Shown here one piece after another: positions 21,710 through 32,448 of a stretch of DNA of 64,000 bases; the first letter of the stretch is position 1; each line of letters begins with the position of its first letter. The DNA is taken from contig CAKOSO010000001.1 of NCBI GenBank assembly GCA_934102355.1, positions 96,863-160,862 of the forward strand. The letters run 5' to 3'. A model generated the notes under the pieces. That model was not told where the DNA came from, made no database searches, and worked only from the letters and a program-made list of their open reading frames with translations. Source of the stretch: an uncultured Bacilli bacterium (GTDB lineage: Bacteria; Bacillota_I; Bacilli_A; RF39; UBA660). A program made the position numbers and the translations under genes.

Positions 21710-23839
21710 TTATAATACATCTTTTCTAGAGAAGTTAATTCTTCCTTTATTATCAGTTCCAATCATTTTTACAACTATTTCATCTCCGACTTTTACAACG
21801 TCTTCAACTTTATTTACTCTTTCCTTAGCAAGTTTTGAAATATGTACAAATCCTTCACAACCAGGCCATACTTCAACAAAACATCCAGCTTCAATAATTT
21901 TAACTACTTTTACTGTGTAAACTTGATTTAGTTCTGGTTCTCTTACTATGTCTTCAATCATCTTTCTTGTCTTATCAATAACTTCCTGATTTGTATGATA
22001 AATAATTACTTTACCATCATCTTCAAGATCAACTTTTACTGCATTAATATCACTTACTGATGTTACATTACTTGATTCAAGAATAATCTTAGTAATTGTT
22101 TCTCCACCCTTACCAATTACTTCCTTAATCTTATCTGGATTAATCATAAATATACATGTTTTTGGAGCATATTTACTTACTTCTTTTCTTGGTTCTGGAA
22201 TTTGAGCTTTAATTACATCAAGAATTTGTAAACGAGCTTTTTTAGCTTGTGCTAAAGCTTTTTCTAAAATATCTTTAGTAATTCCTGTTATTTTGATGTC
22301 CATTTGAAGTGCACAAATACCATTTCTTGTACCAGCAACTTTAAAATCCATATCTCCTAAATGATCTTCCATACCTTGAATATCAGTTAAAATTGTATAA
22401 TCATCACCATATGTTATAAGACCCATAGCGATACCTGCGACTGGAGCTTTAATTGGAACTCCTGCTGCCATAAGACTCATACAACCTGCACAAATTGATG
22501 CTTGTGATGATGAACCATTACTTTCTAAGATTTCTGATACAACACGAATTGTATATGGGAATTCATCTTCAGATGGTATAACTTGTGCTAAAGCTCTTTC
22601 ACCTAAAGCCCCATGACCAATTTCTCTACGTCCCGGACTTCCATATCTTCCGGTTTCTCCAACTGAAAATTGAGGAAAGTTATAATGTAACATAAATCTT
22701 TTTTCTGTTTCTATATCTAATCCATCAAGAATTTGATGTTCACCTAAAGCACCAAGAGTAGTAATTGATAAGCTTTGTGTTTCTCCTCTTGTAAATAATG
22801 CTGATCCATGTGTCCTTGGTAATAAATCAATAGCAGTTGATAAAGGTCTAATTTCATCCATTGCTCTTCCATCACTACGTTTTTTCTCTTTTACCACTAT
22901 TGCTCTAAATAAATCATATTCAATACTTTCAAGAACTAATTTTATTTTTGTAAGTAATATATCCAAATCTTCTTTTTCTAAAATATGTTTATTTTCATTT
23001 TCATATTTTGCTACTACTTCTGCTTTAATTTCATCTATAGCATTATATTTAGCAAGTTTTTCTTTAATATGTAATGCTTCATTTAATTTATCAGCACATA
23101 ATAATGATACTTCATTCTTTAATTCTTCTGAAATATCAAGGTGTTCATATTCCATCTTTGGAACACCAATTTCATCTATTATTTCTTCTTCGAATAAACA
23201 TAGTTCTTTAATTGCTTCATGACCAAACATTAAAGCTTGTAGCATATCTTCTTCACTTACTTCTTTAGCACCAGCTTCTACCATGTTGATAGCATCTTTT
23301 GTTCCTGCTAGTGTTAATTCAAGATCAGAAAGATTCATCTCTTCTACTGTTGGGTTTATTACAAACTCACCATTAACACGTCCTACTTTTACTCCTGCAA
23401 CTGGTCCATTAAATGGAATCTTACTTATACTTGTTGCAAGCGATGAACCAAATAATGCTGATAATTCTGGTGAATTATCTTGATCAACACTTAAAACTGT
23501 ATTTACTACTTGAACTTCATTTCTAAAGTTTTCTGGGAATAATGGACGCATAGGACGGTCAATCATTCTTGCTGCTAAAGTTGCTGCCTCAGTTGGTCTT
23601 CCTTCTCTTTTTATAAATCCTCCAGGTATTTTACCTACAGAATATAATTTTTCTTGGTATAACACCATAAGTGGAAAAAAATCAGATAAAAGGTTAGCTG
23701 TTTTACTTACTACTGCAGTAGATAGTATCACAGTATCACCATATCTTACTAAGATTGAACCATGAGCTTGTTTTGCTAATTCCCCTGTTTCAATTACTAT
23801 TTTTCTTCCTCTAAAATCTTTTTCAAATACTCTTTTCAT
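21710..23839 (-). CDS. pnp: polyribonucleotide nucleotidyltransferase (PNPase)
   Basis: 709 aa with two RNase PH domains, KH and S1. Directly downstream of rpsO. Confidence 0.95.
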   Translation of the reverse strand: MKRVFEKDFRGRKIVIETGELAKQAHGSILVRYGDTVILSTAVVSKTANLLSDFFPLMVLYQEKLYSVGKIPGGFIKREGRPTEAATLAARMIDRPMRPLFPENFRNEVQVVNTVLSVDQDNSPELSALFGSSLATSISKIPFNGPVAGVKVGRVNGEFVINPTVEEMNLSDLELTLAGTKDAINMVEAGAKEVSEEDMLQALMFGHEAIKELCLFEEEIIDEIGVPKMEYEHLDISEELKNEVSLLCADKLNEALHIKEKLAKYNAIDEIKAEVVAKYENENKHILEKEDLDILLTKIKLVLESIEYDLFRAIVVKEKKRSDGRAMDEIRPLSTAIDLLPRTHGSALFTRGETQSLSITTLGALGEHQILDGLDIETEKRFMLHYNFPQFSVGETGRYGSPGRREIGHGALGERALAQVIPSEDEFPYTIRVVSEILESNGSSSQASICAGCMSLMAAGVPIKAPVAGIAMGLITYGDDYTILTDIQGMEDHLGDMDFKVAGTRNGICALQMDIKITGITKDILEKALAQAKKARLQILDVIKAQIPEPRKEVSKYAPKTCIFMINPDKIKEVIGKGGETITKIILESSNVTSVSDINAVKVDLEDDGKVIIYHTNQEVIDKTRKMIEDIVREPELNQVYTVKVVKIIEAGCFVEVWPGCEGFVHISKLAKERVNKVEDVVKVGDEIVVKMIGTDNKGRINFSRKDVL

Positions 23840-23908
23840 TTAATTACTCCTTATATTATATTGTTACCGCAAAGTACATAAAATAAAAGACACTAAAAAA
23901 AGTGCCTA

Positions 23909-24178
23909 CTATTTTCTTAATCCTAATTTTTTAACAAGTTCACGATATCTTTGAATATCTGTTCTCTTTAAAAACTCAAGCATATTCTTTCTTTGTCCAA
24001 CTTTCTTTAAAAGCCCACGTCTTGAATGGAAATCATGAATATGAGTTTTTAAGTGTTCAGTCAAAGCATTAATTTCTTCAGTTAGAATAGCGATTTGAAC
24101 TTCTGCTGAACCAGTATCTTTTTCATCTCTTCTATACTTAGAAATTATCTCTTGTTTTTTGTCTTTTGTTAAAGCCAT
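23909..24178 (-). CDS. rpsO: 30S ribosomal protein S15
   Basis: 89 aa with canonical S15 sequence. Confidence 0.95.
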   Translation of the reverse strand: MALTKDKKQEIISKYRRDEKDTGSAEVQIAILTEEINALTEHLKTHIHDFHSRRGLLKKVGQRKNMLEFLKRTDIQRYRELVKKLGLRK

Positions 24179-24310
24179 AATTTACCTCCTATCAATAATT
24201 CTCTAAAACCTAGATATATAAGGATTTCGTATATCCAAGAAATAGAACAAATACATTATAATACAAATTTATGAAAAAGGAAAGCAAAACTTTCCTTTTT
24301 TTATATTTTT

Positions 24311-26218
24311 TTAAAATTCTCTTCTACAATATGGACAAGTTTTAGCACTTTCTATAACTTTATGACCACATATCGAACATGTTTTATATGTTATCTTATT
24401 CTCATCAGATAATATATTACTATATGCATCTTCAAGTTGTTCTTTTCTTAATTCTTCCCTAGCACTTAAATTTCTATTCTCATTCATCTTATTTATTTTT
24501 AATATTATATCTTCATTTGCAGGTGTTCCATTTTTTAAATAACTATCTATTGGATCAACCATTTGTCTTTGAACATCTTCTTCATTTTTATATTCAATTG
24601 TTTTTTCTAAAGTATTATCTAATTGATCATTTACTTTATTAACCAAATCTTTCCCTCTTATTTCCTTATCTACAACCTTATCCTTTTTCTTCTTATTCTT
24701 TGATATAAATATAAATAATATAAGTGATGCTAATGCTATTGATACAATTGATATTAATAAAATAAATATCATATTTGATTTTTCAATCTTAATTTCATAT
24801 GTTTCTTGTACTTCACCATCTGCACTTGTTGTAATAATTTTAATTACACTACCATTTTTTAATTTTTCATTTCCAACTATTCTTGCTGCTTTAGCATTTT
24901 CATCTTCCATTACAACATCAATATCTAATGATTTTTCATTATCTATTTTTAAAGTATAACTAAATTTATCTTTTTTAAAATCTATATCGTATCCTTTAAT
25001 CTTTAAAGAACCAATATATGCATTATCTCCTAAAGTTTCTCCCTCTTTAAGACGATTAACTATTATTTTATACTCAGTAGTTGTCTTTTCATCTTCTGCT
25101 GTAACTTTTATTGTTATAGTATTTTCTCCAACAACTAATTTATCTCCACCAATTATTTCTACTTTAGCTTTTTCACTATTAGCTATTGCTTCTGCTTTTA
25201 TGCTTTCCACTTCATATAACACCTTAGTTTTATACAGTGTTTTATTTTTTTCAAATTTTAATTTGCCAGCACTTAATGTAATTGATTTTAATATAGTATC
25301 ATTTGACCTGTCGTCTTTTCTATTGATTTTTATATTATAATAACCTTTATCTCCAGCTTCACTTGTTACAGTAATAGTAATCTTGTTTTCACCATATGCT
25401 AATTTTATATTCTTAGCATCACCTGAAGTTGTTTGTTTATCATTATTCTTAGTCGCAACAATATCTATTACTTCAACATCTGATGGAACATCAACAGTAT
25501 AATTTTTTGTATCTTTTTGAAATGCTGGTGAAAGAGTTCCTTTTGATATTGCAATATTTTTTAAATATGTATCCTTACTACATTTTCTATTTACTGTTAT
25601 TGAATAATCTGTTTTTGTCCCATCCTCTGCAACACCTGTTACTGTAAAATTATTAGTACCACAGCTTACATTTTTGCTTCCAATACCTTCAATTTTAGTA
25701 GTTGCAGCTTCAGCATCAGCAGTAATAGTAAGTGATGCATTTGAAAAATTTAAACTATATGTTTTATTACTTGATGAAAAACCTTCTATAGTACTACCAT
25801 CAATTTTAATCGCCTTAAGTGATGAATTATCATCTAATACCAAAACCTCAGTAGTATTAGTGTTTGATACATCTGTACCAGATAAACTTATATCCTTTAC
25901 TTCTACATTACCCTTTCCACTAAGACTCTTAGATTTCAACGTAACATTTACGCTAAATACATAACTTCCATCATTTTCGGTTCCAGTAACAGTAAATGTA
26001 TTTGTTGACATACTAAATTTATCATTATCATAATTTATAGTTCCAGATACTTCACTTGCCTCATCTAAACTACCACTTACTACACATGTAAATTCTTTTT
26101 CTTTAACAACACTTTTAGGGCACTTAACATCTAAACTCGTTATCTCTAAAGCTCTAACATTAAGTGGCAATATAAGCACCATAAAGAATGATAAAATTAA
26201 TAACTTCTTATTTTTCAT
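24311..26218 (-). CDS. cell-surface protein with cadherin-like beta-sandwich repeats, single TM anchor and C-terminal cytoplasmic zinc ribbon
   Basis: Signal peptide, several LKxIxLSxGxLxPxFxxxxxxYxVxV cadherin-like repeats, a TM helix FILLISIVSIALASLILFIFI and a CxxC...CxxC tail (CSICGH...CPYCRREF). Start set at MKNKK, which has RBS GGAGGAG. Confidence 0.6.
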   Translation of the reverse strand: MKNKKLLILSFFMVLILPLNVRALEITSLDVKCPKSVVKEKEFTCVVSGSLDEASEVSGTINYDNDKFSMSTNTFTVTGTENDGSYVFSVNVTLKSKSLSGKGNVEVKDISLSGTDVSNTNTTEVLVLDDNSSLKAIKIDGSTIEGFSSSNKTYSLNFSNASLTITADAEAATTKIEGIGSKNVSCGTNNFTVTGVAEDGTKTDYSITVNRKCSKDTYLKNIAISKGTLSPAFQKDTKNYTVDVPSDVEVIDIVATKNNDKQTTSGDAKNIKLAYGENKITITVTSEAGDKGYYNIKINRKDDRSNDTILKSITLSAGKLKFEKNKTLYKTKVLYEVESIKAEAIANSEKAKVEIIGGDKLVVGENTITIKVTAEDEKTTTEYKIIVNRLKEGETLGDNAYIGSLKIKGYDIDFKKDKFSYTLKIDNEKSLDIDVVMEDENAKAARIVGNEKLKNGSVIKIITTSADGEVQETYEIKIEKSNMIFILLISIVSIALASLILFIFISKNKKKKDKVVDKEIRGKDLVNKVNDQLDNTLEKTIEYKNEEDVQRQMVDPIDSYLKNGTPANEDIILKINKMNENRNLSAREELRKEQLEDAYSNILSDENKITYKTCSICGHKVIESAKTCPYCRREF

Positions 26219-26304
26219 ATACTCCTCCATTTTTATAATTAAAGTATAACAAAAGAAAGAAAAATAGTAAACAAATTATAAGTTTTTGATTACTAGTTTA
26301 CATA

Positions 26305-27498
26305 TCAAATTACTTGTAAAAAATTTACTATTTCTTTCTCTAAATTTTCATTTAATTTTTCTAAATCAAATAAATAATCATATCTATAAATACTAAATCC
26401 CTTATAGTTTTTAGAAGATCTACTTACCACTATTTGTTTTCTTATTATATCAGTATCATTAACCCATTCATCAACTCCATCAAGAGCATATCTATCATAA
26501 GTTCCACTCTTATACAAAGCAAGTGCAGGTATAAGACCTATATTATTATTAATTAAATCATCGAATTCATCTAAAGTACTTTTAAAAGGTTTTGATGTAT
26601 TTAAAAATCCATAATATAACTGAGGCATAATAAAGTCTAAATATTTATCATTCTTTAACAAAAATGATACATCCAAATATTCCTCATTCAAATTATTAAT
26701 ATTATTTCCTGATGGTGATATTCCAAACAATACATTTGGCTTAATTCTTTTTATCTCATCATATGTAGTCTTAATTAAAGTATTTATATTATTAATTCTA
26801 TACTCCTCTATAGTTATATTACCATTTTTAGAAACATATTCATCATACTCTTTTTTATCAATTTCCTTATTCGGATAAAAATAATCATCATATAAAATTC
26901 CATCAACATCATAATTTGAAACTATTTCCTTAATTCCATTTATAATAAGATCTAAAACCTCTCTACATGCTGGATTAAAATATATTCCTTGTTCTGATTC
27001 ATATATTTTTGTTGAATTAAAAAAATTATTAAAATAAGATGACTTTGATATAGTACTCTTATCATTTGTATTTCTTATTCGATATGGGTTTATCCATGCA
27101 TATAATTTTATCTTTTTATCATGAGATTTTTTAATAAAATACTCTAATACATCTAAATCAATTTCAGAATCTTCACTTTCATATACAGTAGTTGATGGTT
27201 TAAAATATATTGATTTATAAATTGCATCAGCAAATGGTCTTACCTGTAATATTATTGTATTTAACTTACTATTTGAAACATTATCTACCATATTATCAAT
27301 CACTTCTTTTTTTATCTCTATACTTTTACCCTTTAACTTATCTGAATAATCAATATATGATATAAATATTGCTTTTGTTTCTATAACACCTTCTTCATTT
27401 ATAACAACATTATCTAAAGTTTCCTTATCCTTAAATAAATAAAATATACAAAATGATAAAACTATAAATACTAAAAATGATAAAATTATTTTCCTCAT
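26305..27498 (-). CDS. glycoside-hydrolase-like family 10 (GHL10/YngK-like) lipoprotein
   Basis: N-terminal signal/TM. The ILQVRPFADAIYKS...LYAWINPYRI pattern resembles the DUF4015/GHL10 TIM-barrel family. Confidence 0.45.
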   Translation of the reverse strand: MRKIILSFLVFIVLSFCIFYLFKDKETLDNVVINEEGVIETKAIFISYIDYSDKLKGKSIEIKKEVIDNMVDNVSNSKLNTIILQVRPFADAIYKSIYFKPSTTVYESEDSEIDLDVLEYFIKKSHDKKIKLYAWINPYRIRNTNDKSTISKSSYFNNFFNSTKIYESEQGIYFNPACREVLDLIINGIKEIVSNYDVDGILYDDYFYPNKEIDKKEYDEYVSKNGNITIEEYRINNINTLIKTTYDEIKRIKPNVLFGISPSGNNINNLNEEYLDVSFLLKNDKYLDFIMPQLYYGFLNTSKPFKSTLDEFDDLINNNIGLIPALALYKSGTYDRYALDGVDEWVNDTDIIRKQIVVSRSSKNYKGFSIYRYDYLFDLEKLNENLEKEIVNFLQVI

Positions 27499-28199
27499 AA
27501 CTTATGTTCAAACCTTTCTTTTAAAAATGAATCTTCTGTTATATATTTATTATTAATTTTTATAACATGTCTTTTACTTTTATAAAAACTATCTTTATTC
27601 TTAATTATCTTACATCTTTTAAATTTATACTTTTCTAAATATCTTTCTAATAACAACCTATTAAATAAATAATTCTGCCTCTTTAAATATATTAATCCTT
27701 CTATAAATAATAAAATTCCAAAGAAAATAAAATTAATATTTTTTCTTTCAAAATATAATAAAAAAGCAATTATTATAATAGAAATATATACTATTAATTT
27801 ATTTCCTTTTTTATATGGTAATAAATAATTAATAATACAATTTAAAATACGTCCTCCATCTAATGGATATATAGGTAATAAATTAAAACACAATAAAGTA
27901 TAGTGATAGTTTTTAAATAATATATAATTACGCATTGAAATAAAGTTTAATCTAAATAAAAATGATACTAGTAAAAAAAGAATAATCTGTACAGCTGGTC
28001 CACCTAAAAGAATTAATAATTCTTCATAAATTGGTTTATTTAACTTTTCGTTAAATTTCACACATCCTCCAAAAGGATATATATCTATCTTTTCTAAATT
28101 CCACTTAAATACTTTTGATACTAAAACATGACCTAATTCATGAATAATTACAATTATAAAAATAATTAAAAATTCTTTATACATACCTGTTAAACACAC
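27495..28199 (-). CDS. site-2 protease family (M50) protein, SpoIVFB-like
   Basis: HELGH zinc motif and LDGGR motif in a polytopic membrane protein. Adjacent to an M23-like SpoIVFA candidate and mreCD, as in Bacillus. Confidence 0.6.
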   Translation of the reverse strand: MCLTGMYKEFLIIFIIVIIHELGHVLVSKVFKWNLEKIDIYPFGGCVKFNEKLNKPIYEELLILLGGPAVQIILFLLVSFLFRLNFISMRNYILFKNYHYTLLCFNLLPIYPLDGGRILNCIINYLLPYKKGNKLIVYISIIIIAFLLYFERKNINFIFFGILLFIEGLIYLKRQNYLFNRLLLERYLEKYKFKRCKIIKNKDSFYKSKRHVIKINNKYITEDSFLKERFEHKL

Positions 28200-28233
28200 T
28201 ATTACTATTAGTAGTATTGTTGATAAATTAATA

Positions 28234-28839
28234 TTAAACTTTTTTAAAGTATTCTTTATAGTTTAAATAACTTCCCTTCTTTTCAAATACTAAATATATA
28301 TAATCTCCCTTAGCTTCCCCTAAAAATTCACCCTTAGAGACATAATCATATAAATCAACACTTATATTATCAATATTTCCATACCATGAAGTTACTCCAT
28401 CAACCTGTTCAATCATAACTACCTTACCGTATTCTTCTTTCTCACCAATAAATACAACTACTCCACTTTCCAATACTGGAGTTAAATAATTATCAGCCAC
28501 TGTAAGTTTTACACCATCTTTATAAATAGAAGCATCTTTATATGATATTTCTTCATTAAATACTTTAGTAATATTTTCCTTTGCAACATTTTCAAAAGGT
28601 AATATATTTCCCAAATACTTATGATAAAGCTTATTTATACTAGCCATGGAAATATTATGAGATTCCATAAAATTATATATTACTTTATTATGAGATTTAT
28701 CATATTTAAGTACTATCAATCCAGTCAAAAATATTACAATACATACTAAAACTTTAATACCTAATTTTACTAAGAATTTTTTAAAACTAAATTTTTCTTT
28801 ATTTTTACTTAAAAACTTTTCAATTGATTTGTATTCCAT
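28234..28839 (-). CDS. membrane-anchored M23/LytM-like domain protein, SpoIVFA-like
   Basis: N-terminal TM helix and a C-terminal degenerate LytM-like beta domain. Synteny with the SpoIVFB-like gene. Confidence 0.5.
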   Translation of the reverse strand: MEYKSIEKFLSKNKEKFSFKKFLVKLGIKVLVCIVIFLTGLIVLKYDKSHNKVIYNFMESHNISMASINKLYHKYLGNILPFENVAKENITKVFNEEISYKDASIYKDGVKLTVADNYLTPVLESGVVVFIGEKEEYGKVVMIEQVDGVTSWYGNIDNISVDLYDYVSKGEFLGEAKGDYIYLVFEKKGSYLNYKEYFKKV

Positions 28840-28874
28840 TTATTTCACCCATTTAAGAATATGTATCAATTGAT

Positions 28875-29360
28875 CTAATTAATATTTATTTTATACTCCT
28901 TTTTTCGACTAATACCTTTTCTAAATATTATACATGTTAATACTATAAACACACTTATATATATGAAAATAGGTAAAACCATTTTTATAAAATGATAAAT
29001 ATCATATGTATGTCCTATTGCTATTTTAGCTACTATGAACATAATGAAATTATATGAAAAAGTTATAAATATACTATAAATTATTACTTCTATTACAGAT
29101 AACTGTTTATTTTTTGATATCAAAAAAGTTATAAGAATAATAAAAGCTATTAATATTGTAGTAAGAAATGGTAATGATTTATCTACTAACTCATATATTA
29201 ACCCAATAAAAATATACAATACGATTGGTATTGTTTTATTTTTCGATATTAAAAGAATTGTTGGAATAGAAGAGATTATAAGAGAAATCTTAAAATAAGG
29301 AAAAAATACTATACTTATACCATAAAATATTAAAGTAATAATAAAATATATAATACTCAT
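28875..29360 (-). CDS. mreD: rod shape-determining protein MreD
   Basis: 161 aa polytopic membrane protein overlapping the mreC stop by 4 nt. Operon position. Confidence 0.55.
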   Translation of the reverse strand: MSIIYFIITLIFYGISIVFFPYFKISLIISSIPTILLISKNKTIPIVLYIFIGLIYELVDKSLPFLTTILIAFIILITFLISKNKQLSVIEVIIYSIFITFSYNFIMFIVAKIAIGHTYDIYHFIKMVLPIFIYISVFIVLTCIIFRKGISRKKEYKININ

Positions 29361-30172
29361 TTTAATCTCCTTAAGATTGATACATATTTTAAATTTCCAA
29401 AATCTTCATATGGTTTAACATATAAAATTTTACTCATTCCATAACTATCTGTTTCTATTTTTGATACCACGCCTATTGGTATTTCCTCATAAGTCTTAGA
29501 AAAACCAGACGTAAAAACCTTATCATCTACTTTTATTTTGTCATAACTACTAAGTCCTGATATTACTAAATAATTATCTTTATATTCCTCTATCTTTGCT
29601 ATATAATTTTCTTCACCAATTACTTTTACTGATATTTCATTATCATTTGATGTAATTAACTTAACATTACTATAATTTTTAAATACTTTAGATACTAATC
29701 CTACCATACCTTTATTTGTTAATACCAAATCATTTTCATTTATATTAAAGTCTTTCCCCTTATCAATTGTAATTTCATTAAACCAATATGTATCATTTCT
29801 TAATATTACAGTTGATGTTATAACATCATAATTAGTATATAATTCTTTTAATCCCAATAAATCTTTTAATTTTGTTATTTCATCTTCCAAACTCTTTTCT
29901 TTTTCCTTTAATGAAAGAATTACAGCATTTTCTTTTCTTAATTTATCATTTTCATTTAATATTTCTTTTTCTTCTTTGAATAATTTAAAATATTCATTTA
30001 ACTTTTTAAATGGTTTTTCAATAACACTTATAACTTTTATTGATACATTATTTAAACCATCTAAAACACCAGAATTATTTTTATCTATACATAAAATCAA
30101 TAAAAATACTAAAATTATAACAATTGGTATTATTATAATTTTAATTTTTTTCTTTCTTCTCGTTACTATCAT
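29357..30172 (-). CDS. mreC: rod shape-determining protein MreC
   Basis: N-terminal TM helix, coiled coil and C-terminal beta domains typical of MreC. Confidence 0.8.
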   Translation of the reverse strand: MIVTRRKKKIKIIIIPIVIILVFLLILCIDKNNSGVLDGLNNVSIKVISVIEKPFKKLNEYFKLFKEEKEILNENDKLRKENAVILSLKEKEKSLEDEITKLKDLLGLKELYTNYDVITSTVILRNDTYWFNEITIDKGKDFNINENDLVLTNKGMVGLVSKVFKNYSNVKLITSNDNEISVKVIGEENYIAKIEEYKDNYLVISGLSSYDKIKVDDKVFTSGFSKTYEEIPIGVVSKIETDSYGMSKILYVKPYEDFGNLKYVSILRRLK

Positions 30173-30876
30173 CTTACATTTATACTATTTTCATAGAAAC
30201 TATAATACTTATCATTTGTAAATATAATGTGATCTAATACCGGTATTTGTTGTAATTGCCCAATCTCCATTAAAGCCTTTGTAATTCTTTTGTCATCAAG
30301 TGATGGCGTTACATTTCCACTTGGATGATTATGCATACATATTATTGATGACGCTGATGATAAATACGCTCCTTTAAATATTTCTCTTGGGTGTACTGTA
30401 GATTTATTTAATGTCCCCATGAATAATAATCTCCTTTCTATCATTTCATTATTAGTATTTAAATAAATACAATAAAAATACTCCTGTTTTTTATTTAAAA
30501 ATAAATGCCTGTTATATTCATATATTTTTTTAGAACTATTTAATATAACTTTTTTACTTATTTCTTTTTCTACAAATATTCTTTTTCCAAGTTCTATTGT
30601 TGAAAGAATTTCAGCAGCCTTAGCTTCTCCTATTCCTTTTATACTTAATAATTCTTTACTTGTCATATATTTTAAATTACTAATATTTTTACATTTATTT
30701 AATATTTCACTTGCTAAAGTTGTTACACTTTCTCCAATCCTACCACTTTTCAATACTATAGAAAGTAATTCTGTATTTGATAATTTTTCACTTCCATATT
30801 TTATAAGTCTTTCTCTTGGTCTTTCACTTTTTTGCATATCCTTAATTTTCATATGATTGTAATACCATCTCCTCAT
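30169..30876 (-). CDS. radC: RadC-like JAB domain protein (UPF0758)
   Basis: ERPRERL motif, HhH GIGEAKAAEI and a JAMM-like HNHPSG motif. The true start is probably MKIKDMQKSERPRERL at ~30852. Confidence 0.85.
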   Translation of the reverse strand: MRRWYYNHMKIKDMQKSERPRERLIKYGSEKLSNTELLSIVLKSGRIGESVTTLASEILNKCKNISNLKYMTSKELLSIKGIGEAKAAEILSTIELGKRIFVEKEISKKVILNSSKKIYEYNRHLFLNKKQEYFYCIYLNTNNEMIERRLLFMGTLNKSTVHPREIFKGAYLSSASSIICMHNHPSGNVTPSLDDKRITKALMEIGQLQQIPVLDHIIFTNDKYYSFYENSINVR

Positions 30877-31285
30877 AATTAGCTAATACTATTTTTTCTA
30901 TATTTATTAAATCCAGCTCATTTGCAATTAATAGTACTTTATCGTACTCATTTAGTACATTTATATATTCTTTATTTGCAATTCTTTTTTCACTTACACT
31001 ACAATTATTACCAAGTTTTTTATAGTATTCCTTAATTCTTTCCGCAGTTTCTTTATTATTTGTAATTCCAACATATTCATGGAAACCATCATCCTCCAAC
31101 TGATATATTGATCCTTCAAAATGATGTTCTTCCTTTTCATCATAAACCCCAGTTGTTATAAAATAGATACTTTCCCCTTCATAAAAAACCGATATACTAT
31201 TATCTCTATTATTGGTAATTATTTTCCCTACTAAAAACCCTAATAATATTGCAGCACATAATGGAATAAAGTATCTTGTTTTCAT
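30842..31285 (-). CDS. hypothetical membrane-anchored protein
   Basis: N-terminal signal/TM helix. 147 aa. No assignable motif. Confidence 0.4.
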   Translation of the reverse strand: MKTRYFIPLCAAILLGFLVGKIITNNRDNSISVFYEGESIYFITTGVYDEKEEHHFEGSIYQLEDDGFHEYVGITNNKETAERIKEYYKKLGNNCSVSEKRIANKEYINVLNEYDKVLLIANELDLINIEKIVLANYEEMVLQSYEN

Positions 31286-31380
31286 TTACTATCACCATCT
31301 AAATTATAGAAAAAACACATTTCTAATTTTGTCGAAAAAAACAAAAAAAATAACATTTAAAAATGTTATTTAATTATTAA

Positions 31381-31887
31381 TTATTTTTCTAAATAATCCT
31401 CACCCTTATGAGGTTCAGTCATATAAAGATTTGGATAGTTTTGTTGCCTTAATACTTCATACGTTACAATAGCAACAGCATTTGAAACATTAAGTGCTCT
31501 AACATTATTTGTCATTGGTATTCTCATACAGTAATCCAAATGATCTTTTAATATTTCTTTTGGTATCCCAGTTGATTCTTTTCCAAAAATCAAATAAATA
31601 TCTTCATTTTTATCACTATAATCAAAACTTGTATGAGGTTTCTTACCGTATCTTGTAAAATAGTAAAATATTCCTTTATTATTGTCTAAAAATTCTTGAT
31701 AATCTTTATAAACCCTATAATCTAATTTATCAATATAGTTTACTCCAGATCTTTTTAAATGTGCATCATCTATTTTAAAACCAAGTGGCTCGATTAAATG
31801 TAATTTCGCTCCAGTTGCCACACAAGTACGCATTATATTTCCAGTATTTTGTGGTATCTCTGGTTCATATAAAACAACATTTATCAT
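31381..31887 (-). CDS. trmL: tRNA (cytidine(34)-2'-O)-methyltransferase TrmL (SpoU-TrmD class)
   Basis: MINVVLYEPEIPQNTGNIMRTCVATGAKLHLIEPLGF is typical of TrmL/YibK. Confidence 0.85.
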   Translation of the reverse strand: MINVVLYEPEIPQNTGNIMRTCVATGAKLHLIEPLGFKIDDAHLKRSGVNYIDKLDYRVYKDYQEFLDNNKGIFYYFTRYGKKPHTSFDYSDKNEDIYLIFGKESTGIPKEILKDHLDYCMRIPMTNNVRALNVSNAVAIVTYEVLRQQNYPNLYMTEPHKGEDYLEK

Positions 31888-32393
31888 TATAGTTCATACC
31901 CTGATAAAAAGTTCTTTATCATCTTTACAGTAATTTTTTCATTTTTATTTACTCTTAATACATTAACAATCTTACCATCTACAAATACCATTATAGTAGG
32001 ATAATTAATCTTTGCAGTTGATAAATCTGCACTCTTATTTTTCAAATAAAAGTCTTGTAATCTTGAATTATTTACATACTTTTCACCAAGTTTTAAATAT
32101 ACCATACTATCACTTAAATCATTTTGTTTAATATAATCTTTAAACTTATATTCAAAGTTTCTACACTTATCTTCAGCTGAATAACATGCATATACAAGTA
32201 AGAAATTTCTTTCTTTCGTAATTGTACTTATATCTTCATAACTTACTTCTGTTAATGTATCAGAAATAACTGGAGTCTTAAGTTTAGTATCATTATATTG
32301 CTTATACCAAGAAAGAATATAAAATGTTATAACCAAAGTTACTAAAATAATAATAGTAAGTATTAAATAATTCTTTAATTCCGTTTTTTTCAT
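31887..32393 (-). CDS. hypothetical membrane-anchored protein
   Basis: N-terminal TM helix. 168 aa. Unknown. Confidence 0.4.
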   Translation of the reverse strand: MKKTELKNYLILTIIILVTLVITFYILSWYKQYNDTKLKTPVISDTLTEVSYEDISTITKERNFLLVYACYSAEDKCRNFEYKFKDYIKQNDLSDSMVYLKLGEKYVNNSRLQDFYLKNKSADLSTAKINYPTIMVFVDGKIVNVLRVNKNEKITVKMIKNFLSGYEL

Positions 32394-32448
32394 AATCCAC
32401 CTCGATTATATTTTATCATATAAATTTTTCTTTATCTACATGTAATAA

